Source: Scyliorhinus canicula (Eukaryota). From it: a stretch of DNA of 64,000 nucleotides. Under the pieces are notes generated by a model, which ran no database searches, was not told where the DNA came from, and saw only the letters and a list, made by a program, of their open reading frames with translations. The stretch spans positions 1 through 64,000 of the forward strand of contig NW_024056034.1 in NCBI RefSeq assembly GCF_902713615.1. The letters run 5' to 3'. Below are positions 25,805-36,289 of this stretch, one piece after another. How positions within the stretch are numbered: the first letter of the stretch is position 1; each line of letters starts with the position of its first letter. The position numbers were made by a program, and so were the translations under genes.

Positions 25805-26113
25805 CTATTTTTTTGTGGATTGAAATTCTTAAAGGAGTTGGCAGGTCCTGATGGCTCGCCACACAGTCAAACACAGCCCCACTCAGCCAGGCTTGTGTCG
25901 AGATGTTTAATTTGCTGACCACGCTCTCAGTATCTGCCCCAGGCTGGTCGGCAATCTCTGATTTCAGCGGCTTCTTCGCTTCACTCCAGGACACGTTGAC
26001 TCCATAAGGAGCATTCGAAATGACGCAGGTTAAGGTTACAGTCGCCTCCAGTAAGACCTGTTCTATTGGTGGTGGCAGTATTGTTACTGAGGCATCAGTG
26101 CAATCGGAAGGAT
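25805..26113 (-). CDS. IGHM: IgM Cmu3 exon
   Basis: (D)[42 protein letters not shown]...[22 protein letters not shown]; 309 nt, AG/GT boundaries, phase 1. Confidence 0.95.
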
Positions 26114-26289
26114 CTGTGATTGAAAACATGAAAATTAACCCAAGTTTCAGCTTCACAATCAGGACAGCAGGATTCAGCCTTCACTCTCTAAATGGGAATA
26201 AAGCAACTTCGAAATGTCAACCTCTGAAGACCGCCTTTAATCTTCGATATACAAAAGAAAACCAGCGAGTTCTGTGAAATCTATTATAG

Positions 26290-26595
26290 AATAATAGATC
26301 ACTACAGTGCAGAAGAGGACCATTCGGCCCATGGAGCCTGCACCGACCCGCGAAAGAGCACTCCCCCACCCTATCCCTGTAGCCTCACAACCCCGCCTAA
26401 TCTTTGGACATTCAGCGACAATGTAGGATGACCAATTCACCTAACCTGCACGTATTTGCCTGTGGGAAGAAACCAAAGCACCTGGAGGAAACCCGTGCAG
26501 AGACGGCGAGAAGGTGTAAACTCCACACAGTCACCTGGCGTCAGTATCGAACCGGGTCCCAGGCACTGTGAGGCATCACTGCTAACCGCTACTGT
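26290..26595 (-). mobile_element. HE1-like SINE
   Basis: Shared core, more diverged. Confidence 0.7.
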
Positions 26596-27048
26596 GAAAG
26601 TCGTTTAGCCCCGGTATCATTTTAATGAATCAGCATTGCAGCATTCCCAATGCGATATATAATTCCTGATCTCTGGGACACAGTCTTGAACGCTAATTTA
26701 TAAATAGGTTGGATGAATTTTTTAACACTTTCCCCCGGAGCTGTTATCAATAAAGGGTTCAACACACCCACTGCCTCTGAAATATAATCAGCTGTTTCGG
26801 GATAAAACTGATATCAAGTCCACCTCACTCACTAAATGATTTCAAAGTAGTGGAAACATTCTTTGCTGTTCTGATCAAATCCTGAATGGTGAGCAGCCCT
26901 AATGCAGCTTACATCAGAATGAAACACAAACTACATGGCAGTAAATTAGAAGTTGTTCTGTGCTTTGTACTAACTTTAGTAAATTTCTGATTTTGATTAA
27001 CATCAGAATGCAGGATAATTTATTGTTTCCTCTGTTTGTGTCTCTTAC

Positions 27049-27357
27049 CAGACGCGGTGATGTTGTGACTTTGGGTGACCTCTTGATGAGTGACCTGGCA
27101 GGTATAGACCGCTTTGCTGAACCATTCCCCAGCGGAGACTGTCAGCCGACTGCTCGCCGAGAAGTTCCCGTTCACTTCACAGGCGGGAGAGGTGATAATT
27201 CCTGAATCCATGGGTTGTCCATTCTTCAGCCACTTCACGGTCAGTGACTTTGGACGGAAATCGTTGATTGAACAGACGATGGTTGCAAATTTCTGTCTTA
27301 AGATTTCTTCACTGGAACTCATGGTGAGGAGAACATTTGGAGGGATGCCATTTCCAC
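27049..27357 (-). CDS. IGHM: IgM Cmu2 exon
   Basis: (C)[46 protein letters not shown]...[19 protein letters not shown]; 309 nt, AG/GT boundaries, phase 1. Confidence 0.95.
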
Positions 27358-27559
27358 CTTCAAAAACACAAGTTAACATTTCTTGCAGAAGATCTTGCAA
27401 CAAATAAAATGATTTATTATGTTTTAACTGTTTTTCTGCAGTCGATATTTTTCGCCAAGAATCAACTATGCAGAGTTTCATAAATGTATCACAAATAACA
27501 AAAGTTGTTAATAAAATAATCAAAGCGGTTCTGTTTGTCACAGGTTCTACAATACTTAC

Positions 27560-27859
27560 ATGTCATTCCAATGCTCTTGTCTGAGCCGCTGTGCCGAACC
27601 TCACAGCTGATTTTGCTGCATCCCCCCTCTGACTCGGTGATGGTTAACTGGCTGCTCAGGGTGTAGGTTCCCTTCTTGTTTCTCACTGACGGGTATTTCT
27701 TAACTCCAGTGGTGATCAGCTGCCCATCTTTCTTCCAGGTAAGGCTGGTGATTTCTGGGAAGTAGTCCATCGCTAAACACCCAACGGTTACGGAGCCGTC
27801 GGTGTTGTGTTGCTGACAGGAGGAGACCAGTCTGTAGAGAGTGGGCGGAGACGGTGTCG
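27560..27859 (-). CDS. IGHM: IgM Cmu1 exon
   Basis: (A)[45 protein letters not shown]...[17 protein letters not shown]; 300 nt; acceptor TTCTCTCCCAG and donor T|GTAAGT; in frame with JH. Confidence 0.95.
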
Positions 27860-28169
27860 CTGGGAGAGAATGGCCCATTCAACAAGTTAGACTCTGGGAT
27901 TGTATTTATTTAGCAACCAAACATTTCAAAATTTGACGAGAGTTATGCGTTTATTCCAACATTTTCCTAACAAATGCTACATCCACATTTCAGCTTCTAT
28001 TAGTTCTATCATTTGAGAACCTCCGTTTGCCACCTCATTAGAAACTCACATCTTTCTCCGTCTCTATCACCTGGCATAAAACAACATTTTGATATAATCA
28101 GAATGATGTACATTTCATTGGATTGAAAGCGAAGAGCGGATGATTTTCCCATTATGTCAGCCATGACGT

Positions 28170-28353
28170 AAAACGAAATGTAATGTCCCATAGTCCCGGA
28201 GACTGCCCTCTCCTTTTGAGAGCTAACTGGTGGTGATTTAACCTGAGGGTCACCACATCTCAGGCTAGGGGCAAGGTTGAGAATGGGGGTCTTTCTGAAT
28301 AACCTCAATTGAAACCGCGCTGTTGGGATCGATCTTCGTCACGACCCAGCCGC
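28170..28353 (-). mobile_element. tRNA-derived SINE whose head runs into the 29-bp array
   Basis: Body homologous to 11905-12108. Confidence 0.6.
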
Positions 28354-28964
28354 CCAGCTAACTGAGCTGTGTACGTCACAGTCCAGCTCACTGAGCTGTG
28401 TACGTCACAATCCAGCTAACTGAGCTGTGTACGTCATAATCCAGCTAACTGAGCTGTGTACGTCACAATCCAGCTAACTGAGCTGTGTACGTCACAATCC
28501 AGCTGACTGAGTTGTGTACGTCACAATCCATCTAACTGTGCAGTGAACGTCACAATCTAGCTAATTGAGCTGTGTACGTCACAATCCAGCTAACCGAGCT
28601 GTGCACGTCACAATCCAGCTACCTGAGCTGTGTACGTCGCAATCCCAGCTAACTGAGCTGTGTACGTCATAATCCAGCTAACTGAGCTGTGTACGTCACA
28701 ATCCAGCTACCTGAGCTGTGTACGTCACAATCCAGCTGTCTGACCTGTGTACATCACAATCCAGCTGATTGACCTGTGTACATCACAAACCAGCTAACTG
28801 AGCTGTCTACGTCACAATCCAGCTAACTGAGCTGGGCACATCACAATCCAGCTAACTGAGCTGTGTACGTCACAATCCAGCTAACTGAGCTGTGTACGTC
28901 ACAATCCAGCTAACTGAGTTGCGTACGTCATAATCCACCTAACTGAGCTGTGTACGTCACAATC
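28354..28964. repeat. 29-bp AGCT-rich minisatellite, ~21 copies
   Basis: Unit CCAGCTAACTGAGCTGTGTACGTCACAAT with two AGCT per unit; starts ~495 bp upstream of the Cmu1 acceptor in Ig sense. Confidence 0.95.
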
Positions 28965-29619
28965 AAATTGTGTTAAATAAGTTGTCTCTTCATTTGTATC
29001 TTTGCAGTTTTGGGAAATTCCCTTTGTTCAAACTAACTGATGCCCCCTCCTCTCTCCATCTCACTACCCCCACTCCCCAAACCAGAGAGTAGTGACTTTG
29101 CTTGAAAAATACCTTCGCAATGCACCTTTATATAATTACAATAAAACTCTACATTTGAGTAATTGCAACATTCTCTAATTTTCGGATCATGCACATTAAC
29201 AGCGGGAGGCGGCCATTCGGCCCGTCGAGCCTCCTCCCCCATTCAATAAGATCCTGGCTGTGTGATTGTGGTGTTAACTCCACATTCCGCCTGTCACTGA
29301 GACCGGGCTGCCTGCAATCCCCCCGCACCCCGCCCGCGCTCTCTGAGCGTCCCCCATCTCTCTGCGGTTCCCGCTGGATTTCTGCACCTTTAACCTGCTC
29401 CCTTCACTTTCTTTTAGATCTCTGCACTTTCTCTCGACTCTGCATTGTTTTTCCTGCTCTTTGTGTATTTGCCCATGTGCACTACACTTTTCCCAGTTCT
29501 TTGGGCTTTTCCCGGTTCCTGGCATTTTGTGCGGGTTTTCTGAACTTTTCGCCAGCACTGTGCATTTTACCCCGATTCTTATCGCTTATCCCCACTCCAT
29601 GGACATTCTTCCGGCTCTC

Positions 29620-29665
29620 TGCGCCTTCCCCCGGCTCTCTGCACTTTCCCCCGGCTCTCTGCATC

Positions 29666-29698
<33 letters not shown>

Positions 29699-30610
29699 TC
29701 TACACAAACTCCAGCTCTCTGCTATTTCCCCGGCTCTCTGCTCCTTCCAACTGCTGTCTGCACGTTCCCCCCCCTCCCTACACTTCCCCCGGCTCTCTGC
29801 CCTTCCCCGGCTCTCTGCGCATTCCCCCGGCTCTCTGCACCTTCCCCCGGCTCTCTGCACCTTCCCCCAGCTCTCTGCACCTTCCCCTGGGCTCTCCGCT
29901 CCTTCCCCCGTCTCTCTGCTCCTTCCCCCGGCTCTCCGACCCTTCCCCCGGCTCTCTGCCCCTTCCCCCGGCTCCCTGCCCCTTCCCTCGGCTCTCTGCA
30001 CCTTCCCCCGGCTCTCTGCACCTTCCCCCGGCTCTCTGCTCCTTCCCCGGCTCTCTGCCCCTTCCCCCGGCTCTCTGCACCTTCCCCAGGCTCTCTGCTC
30101 CATCCTCCGGCTCTCTGCCCCTTCCCCCGGCTCTCTGCCCCTTCCCCCGGCTCCCTGCCCCTTCCCTCGGCTCTCTGCACCTTCCCCCGGCTCTCTGCAC
30201 CTTCCCCCGGCTCTCTGCCCCTTCCCCCGGCTCTCTGCACCTTCCCCCGGCTCTCTGCTCCATCCCCCGGCTCTCTGCCCCTTCCCCCGGCTCTCTGCTC
30301 CTTCCCCCGGCTCTCTGCCCCTTCCCCCGGCTCTCTGCACCTTCCCCCGGCTCTCTGCTCCTTCCCCCGGCTCTCTGCCCCTTCCCCCGGCTCTCTGCAC
30401 CTTCCCCCGGCTCTCTGCCCCTTCCCCCGGCTCTCTGCCCCTTCCCCCGGCTCTTTGCTCCTTCCCCCGGCTCTCTGCCCCTTCCCCCGGCTCTCTGCAC
30501 CTTCCCCCGGCTCTCTGCTCCTTCCCCCGGCTCTCTGCCCCTTCCCCCGGCTCTCTGCACATTCCCCCGGCTCTCTGCACCTTCCCGTGGCTCTCTGAAC
30601 TTCCCCCGGC
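29620..30610. repeat. 20-bp minisatellite, ~45-50 copies, G-rich on the Ig sense (minus) strand
   Basis: Plus-strand unit CTTCCCCCGGCTCTCTGC(A/T/C)C with exact 20-nt phase over 30181-30580; includes a ~30-nt poly-C run near 29665. Confidence 0.95.
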
Positions 30611-30816
30611 TCGTCTACCTCCTGCATTACCTGAAATATGTCCGAAATCCTCCCTCCCCCAACCCACACCCCTGAGAGCACCCTGTCCCGTACCCCACGT
30701 GGGGACAGCAGAGGGAACCCCTCCACCTGCCGCCTGGCAAACGCCCTCACCTGCATGTACCTAAACATGTTCCCAGGGGGAGCCCAAACTTCCCCTCTAA
30801 CTCCGGCTCTCTGCCT

Positions 30817-31175
30817 CACGGTAGCATGGTGGTTAGCATTGGGGCCTCACGGTAGCATGGTGGTTAGCATCAATGCTTCACAGCTCCAGGGTCCCAGGTT
30901 CGATTCCCGGCTGGGTCACTGTCTGTGTGGAGTCTGCACGTCCTCCCTGTGTGTGCGTGGGTTTCCTCCGGGTGCTCCGGTTTCCTCCCACAGTCCAAAG
31001 ATGTGCGGGTTAGGTGGATTGGCCATGCTAAATTGCCCGTAGTGTAAGGTTAATGGGGGGATTGTTGGGTTACGGGTATACGGGTTACGTGGGTTTAAGT
31101 GGGGTGATCATTGTTCGGCACAACATCGAGGGCCGAAGGGCCTGTTCTGTGCTGTACTGTTCTATGTTCTATGTT
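30817..31175 (+). mobile_element. HE1-like SINE with duplicated head
   Basis: CACGGTAGCATGGTGGTTAGCAT occurs twice; body and tail nearly identical to 57540-57875. Confidence 0.8.
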
Positions 31176-31184
31176 CCCCCAGGC

Positions 31185-32335
31185 TCGCGAACCACCCGTC
31201 CACAAATAGGTCCCTCAACCTCCTAATACCTACCCTGTGCCAGCCCAGAAATCCGCCATCGATGCTCCCTGGAACAAACCGGTGGTTCCCCCGTATCGGG
31301 GACTCCATCGAGCCCCCCACCTCGCCCTATGCCGTCTCCATTGCCCCCAAATTTTAAGGGTAGCCGCCTCCACCGGGCTCGTGGCATACCTTGTTGGAGA
31401 GAATGGCAATGCCGTTACCAGCGCCTCCAGGCTCGTGTCTACACAGGACGCCATCTCCATCCACTTCCATGCTGCCCCTTCCCCGTCCATTACCCACTTA
31501 TGTACCACCGCTGCATTGGCAGCCCAATAGTACCCACAGAGGTTGGGCAGCGCCAGCCCCCCCCCCCCCATCCCTGCCGCGCTCCAGGAACACCCTTCTC
31601 ACCCTCGGAGTCCCATGCGCCCATACAAATCCCGTAATACTCCTGTTAACTCTCCTAAAAAAAGGCCTTTGGGATAAGGATGGGAAGGTACTGGAACAGG
31701 AACAAAAACCTCGGGAGCACCGTCACCTTGACGGACTGCACCCTCCCCGCCAGCAACAGTGGTGACATATCCCACCTTTTGAACTCCTCCTCCATTTGCT
31801 CCACCAACCTTGTGAGGTTGAGCTTGTGCAGGGCCCCCCAGCTTCCAGACACCGGGACTCCCAGGCACCGGGACTCCCAGGTACCTAAAGCTCCTCCCTG
31901 TCTGCTTCAGTGGGAGCCTACCAATCCCCTCCTCCTGATCCCCCGGGTGCACCACGAACAGCTCGCTCTTACCCAGGTTGAGCTTATACCCAGAATAGCC
32001 CCCAAATTCGCTGAGAATCCTCATCACCTCTGGCATTCCCCCCACCGGGTCCGCCACATACAGCAACAGGTCGTCCGCATAAAGCGACACTCGATGCTCC
32101 TCCCCACCCCACACCAGGCCCCTCCAGTTCCCCGACTCTCAACGCCATGGCCAGGGGCTCAATTGCCAACGCAAAGAGCAAGGGGGACAGGGGACACCCC
32201 TGTCCCATCCCCAGTGCAGCCGAAAGTACTCCGACCTCCTCCTATTCATGGCTACACTTGCCATCGGGGCCTCATAAAGCAGTCTCACCCAACGGACAAA
32301 CCCCTCCACAAACCCAAACCTTTCCAACACCTCCC
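31185..32335 (-). mobile_element. L1-clade LINE ORF2 reverse-transcriptase fragment (frameshifted)
   Basis: VEWGYLWEVLERFGF, GQGCPLSPLLFALAIEPLA, HRVSLYADDLLLY, FSGYKLN-like and GGLALPNL..YYWAAN motifs across frames. Confidence 0.9.
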
Positions 32336-32417
32336 ACAGATACCCCCACTCAACCCCCCTCCAAAGAAAAAATTTAGACACATTTGCATTTACATACAAA
32401 ACCCCCATCCCTGACCC

Positions 32418-33412
32418 TCAGTTTGAGTCCAATTTCTCAGCCTGCACAAAGGCCCACGCCTCCTCCGGGGACTCAAAATAATGGTGACAGTCCTTGTAGG
32501 TGATGCACAGACGCGCCGGCTGTAACATGCCAAACATCACACTCTGTTTGTGGAGCACCGCCTTTGTCCGATTGTACCCGGCACGCCACTTAGCCACCTC
32601 CGCACTCCAGTCCTGGAAGATCTGCACCTTCGTGTTCTCCCACTTGCTGCTCCGCTCCTTCTTGGCCCACCGAAGCACGCACTCCCGGTCAATGAACCGG
32701 TGGAACCACACCAGGACCACCCGTGGCGGATCATTCGGCTTGGGCCTCCTGGCCAGTATTCTGTGGGCCCCCTCCAGCTCCAGGGGCACCTGGAAGGACC
32801 CAGCCCCCATCAGCGAGTTCAACAAAACAACCACATAGGCCGCCAGGTCCGACCCCTCCTGCCCCTCCGTGAGGCCCAGGATCCGTAAATGTTTCCACCT
32901 CGACCGGTTGTCCAGCTCCTCGAACCGCTCCTGCCACTTTTTATGGAGTGCCTCGTGCATCTCCACCTTCCCCGCGAGGGCTGCGGCCTCATCCTCCCTT
33001 TCGGAGGCCTGCTGCTGCAGCTCCCAGATTGCGGCCCCCTGGGCTGTCTGAGTCTCCTGCAGCTTACCGGTGGTAGCCTTCAGCGACTCCAGCAACTCCA
33101 CCTTAAGCTCCTGAAAGCAGCGCTGAAGAGTCTCTTGCTGCTCCTGCGCCCACTGCCTCCAATCCTCGAGGGCTCCGCCGGCCGCCATTTTGTTTCCCTT
33201 CCCCCGCTTTTCCAGAGGCGCTGCCACCGCTTTTCTGCTCGCCCCCCTCCTGGTCCGGACCATAGAACCCTGGGGATTTACTGCAGACCCCTTCCCACGT
33301 CGGGAATCGTCGATAAAGCACCGTTGGGGGCCCTGAAAAGAGCTCCAAAGTCCGTTTCTAGCGGGAGCTGCCAAACCTGCGGCTTAGCTCCGCATAGCCG
33401 CAACCGGAAGTT
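32418..33412 (-). mobile_element. L1-clade LINE 5' end with open ORF1 (probable start MVRTRR at ~33263)
   Basis: Coiled coil followed by LDNRSRWKHLRILGLTEGQEG (L1 ORF1p RRM motif) and a C-terminal domain; the element starts at GAACTTCCGG (~33412). Confidence 0.85.
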
Positions 33413-33469
33413 CTGATGTATGAGTGTTGATGAGTGGCAGATCAGGGATGACTGACTGAGTGAGGGTAA

Positions 33470-35520
33470 GTATGTCACCGAGGACGAATGAGTCAGGCTC
33501 TCTCACTGGGTGAGTGACGCTGGGTGAGTGAGTCAAGGGGTCGACTGCTGGTGAGTGAATGGAGTGGGTGAATGAATGAGGGGGAGTCAGTGAACGTGGG
33601 TGAGTGCGGGTGAATGAGGGACAGTGAATGAGTGAGGGTGATTGAGGGAGGATGATTGAGTGAGTACAGGTCAGTGAGGATGTATGAGAGTGTCCAAGTG
33701 AGCGAGGTGCATCATTGAGAATTAGCTGGTGATCTTGGGTGAGTGAGGGCGTGTGAGTGGCGGAGAATAAGTGTGGGTGGGTGAGCGAGGGTGGGTGTGT
33801 GATGGTGGTTGAGTGACTGAGGGGATGGCTGTGGGTGGATGAGGATGTGTGAGTGAATGTGTTTGGGTGTGTCAGTGAGGGTGAATTTGGGTGGTGAATG
33901 AGAGTGAGTGTGTGTCAGTGAGAGTGAGTGAGGGTGGGGGAGTGAATGAGGGTGAGTGATAGTGGGTGATAGAGAGTGGGTGCGTCCGGAGAGGGTGACT
34001 GAATAAGGGTGAATGAGGGAATGTGGGTGAGTGAGGAATGGTAAGGAATGCATATGAAAGAGTCCGGGTGCGAGTCTTTGTAAGTGAAGGTAAATGAGTG
34101 AGGCTGGGTGAGTAAGTATGAATGAGTCAGGGTGGATGTGTGAGAGGGGATTAGAGAGCGATGGTGGGTTGGAGGGTGAGTGAGTGAGTGTGGGCGAGTT
34201 AGGGTGGGTGATGGTATTTGAGTGAGGGGGAGAGTGAATGTGTCAGTGAGGGTGGGTTACTGATTGAGGGTGTGTGAGGGTGTGTGAGTGAGGGTGTGTG
34301 AGGCTGGGTGAGTGAGTGTGGGTGGGTTACTGAGTGAGGGTGAGAGCCTGAATGTGGGCGGGTGAGTGAGGGTGTGTGAGGGTTTGGGAGTGAGTTTGGG
34401 TGGTTTACTGAATGAGGATTAGTGAGGGTGGGGGTGAGTGTGGGTGGGTTACTGAGTGAGGGTGAGAGCCTGAATGAGGGTGGGTGAGGATGAGTGAGGA
34501 TGGGTGGGTGTTTGAGAATGAGTGAGTGAGAGTGTGAGTGAGGGTGAACGAGTTAGGTTAGGCATGAAAGGGTGAGTCAGTGAGGGTGAGTAGTGCTGAA
34601 TGAAGGTGGGTGAGTGTGTCAGGGAGGGTGGTTGAGTGAGGGTGTGAGAGTGAGGGTAGGTGAGTGAGAGTGTGTCAGGGAGGGTGGGTGAGTGAGAGTG
34701 TGTCAGGGAGGGTGGGTGAGTGAGAGTGTGTCAGGGAGGGTGGGTGAGTGAGAGTGTGTCAGGGAGGGTGAGTGAGTGAGGGTGGGTGAGTGAGAGTGTG
34801 TCGGGAGGGTGGATGAGTGTGTGTGTGTCAGGGAGGGTGGGTGAGTGTGTGTGTCAGGGAGGGTGGGTGAGTGAGAGTGTGTCAGGGAGCGTGGGTGAGT
34901 GAGAGTGTGTCAGGGAGGGTGGGTGAGTGAGAGTGTGTCAGGGAGTGTGGGTGAGTGAGAATGTGTCAGGGAGGGTGGGTGAGTGTGTGTCAGGGAGGGT
35001 GGGTGAGTGAGAGTGTGTCAGGGAGGGTGGGTGAGTGAGAGTGTGTCAGGGAGGGTGGGTGAGTGTGTGTGTGTCGGGGGGTGAGTGAGTGAGAGTGTGT
35101 CAGGGAGGGTGGGTGAGTGAGAGTGTGTCAGGGAATGTGGGTGAGTGAGAATGTGTCAGGGAGGGTGGGTGAGTGTGTGTCAGGGAGGGTGGGTGAGTGA
35201 GAGTGTGTCAGGGAGGGTGGGTGAGTGTGTGTGTGTCGGGGGGTGAGTGAGTGAGAGTGTGTCAGGGAGGGTGGGTGAGTGATAGTGTGTCAGTGAGGGT
35301 GGGTGAGTGAGAGTGGGTGAGTGAGGGTGGGTGAGTGAGGGTGGGAGAGTGAGGGTGAGTGAATGAGGGTGGGTAAGAAAGGTGTATCATTGAGGATGGG
35401 TGAGTGAGGATCAGTGAGTGATGGTGGGTATGGTGAGTGAGTGAGGGTACGTGAATGAGTGAAGATAGGTGAGTGAGGGCGAGTGAGTGAGTGAGTGAGT
35501 GATCGTGGGTGAGTGATCAT
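33470..35520. repeat. (GTGA)/GGGT low-complexity tract containing a ~28-bp minisatellite (34610-35300)
   Basis: Unit GTCAGGGAGGGTGGGTGAGTGAGAGTGT; G-rich on the plus strand. Confidence 0.85.
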
Positions 35521-35694
35521 TCCCAGGAACTCCCAGCCCATTAGGACGATGTTTCTCTGGATGATTTTCCGCTCAGGCTCAGCTTCCTGTTGCCTGTTGT
35601 CCACAGCCGAGCTGGGGGCTCCTCCATTCGGCTCCCCACCCCCTCCTCTTCCTCTCCATCCATCCTGTCCTGATTCTCCACATTGATCAGCTTT

Positions 35695-36140
35695 CAGTAA
35701 CACCGGCTGTGTACAGTCAGACAGCGGTGTAGATCACTGGGCAGCTGCTTTAATACTGTCAGTAACACCGGCTGTGTACAGTCAGACAGCAGTGTAGATC
35801 ACTGGGCAGCTGCTTTAATACTGTCAGTAACACCGGCTGTGTACAGTCAGACAGCAGTGTAGATCACTGGGCAGCTGCTTTAATACTTTCAGTAACACCG
35901 GCTGTGTACAGTCAGACAGCAGTGTAGATCACTGACAGCTGCTTTAATACTGTCAGTAACACCGGCTGTGTACAGTCAGACAGCAGTGTAGATCACTGGA
36001 CAGCTGCTTTAATACTGTCAGTAACACTGGCTGTGTACAGTCAGACAGCAGTGTAGATCACTGGGCAGCTACTTTAATACTTTCAGTAACACCGGCTGTG
36101 TGCAGTCAGACAGCAGTGTAGATCACTGGGAAGCTGCTTT
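35695..36140. repeat. 65-bp minisatellite, 7 copies
   Basis: CAGTAACAC restarts at 35695, 35760, 35825, 35890, 35954, 36019 and 36084. Confidence 0.95.
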
Positions 36141-36289
36141 AATGCCGATGTAATTTCATTTTTCACAAAACAATTCAGAAGTGGAACAATGAACATTTCT
36201 GCAACTTAATGAATTTTCATTTTGCAAATGGGAATTTTTAGCCCGTAAAATTATTGTAATATTGTGTCAGAGAGAGTGTGTTGTATTTC

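Noticed and set aside
28354-28964. CRISPR-like appearance of the regular arrays (also 22140-23235 and 35695-36140)
   Set aside because: Head-to-tail units without unique spacers, vertebrate context and no cas genes.
29189-30819. Several 260-469 aa ORFs on both strands
   Set aside because: Products of the stop-free 20-bp array; repetitive PPALC/GEGAESRG peptides in multiple frames.
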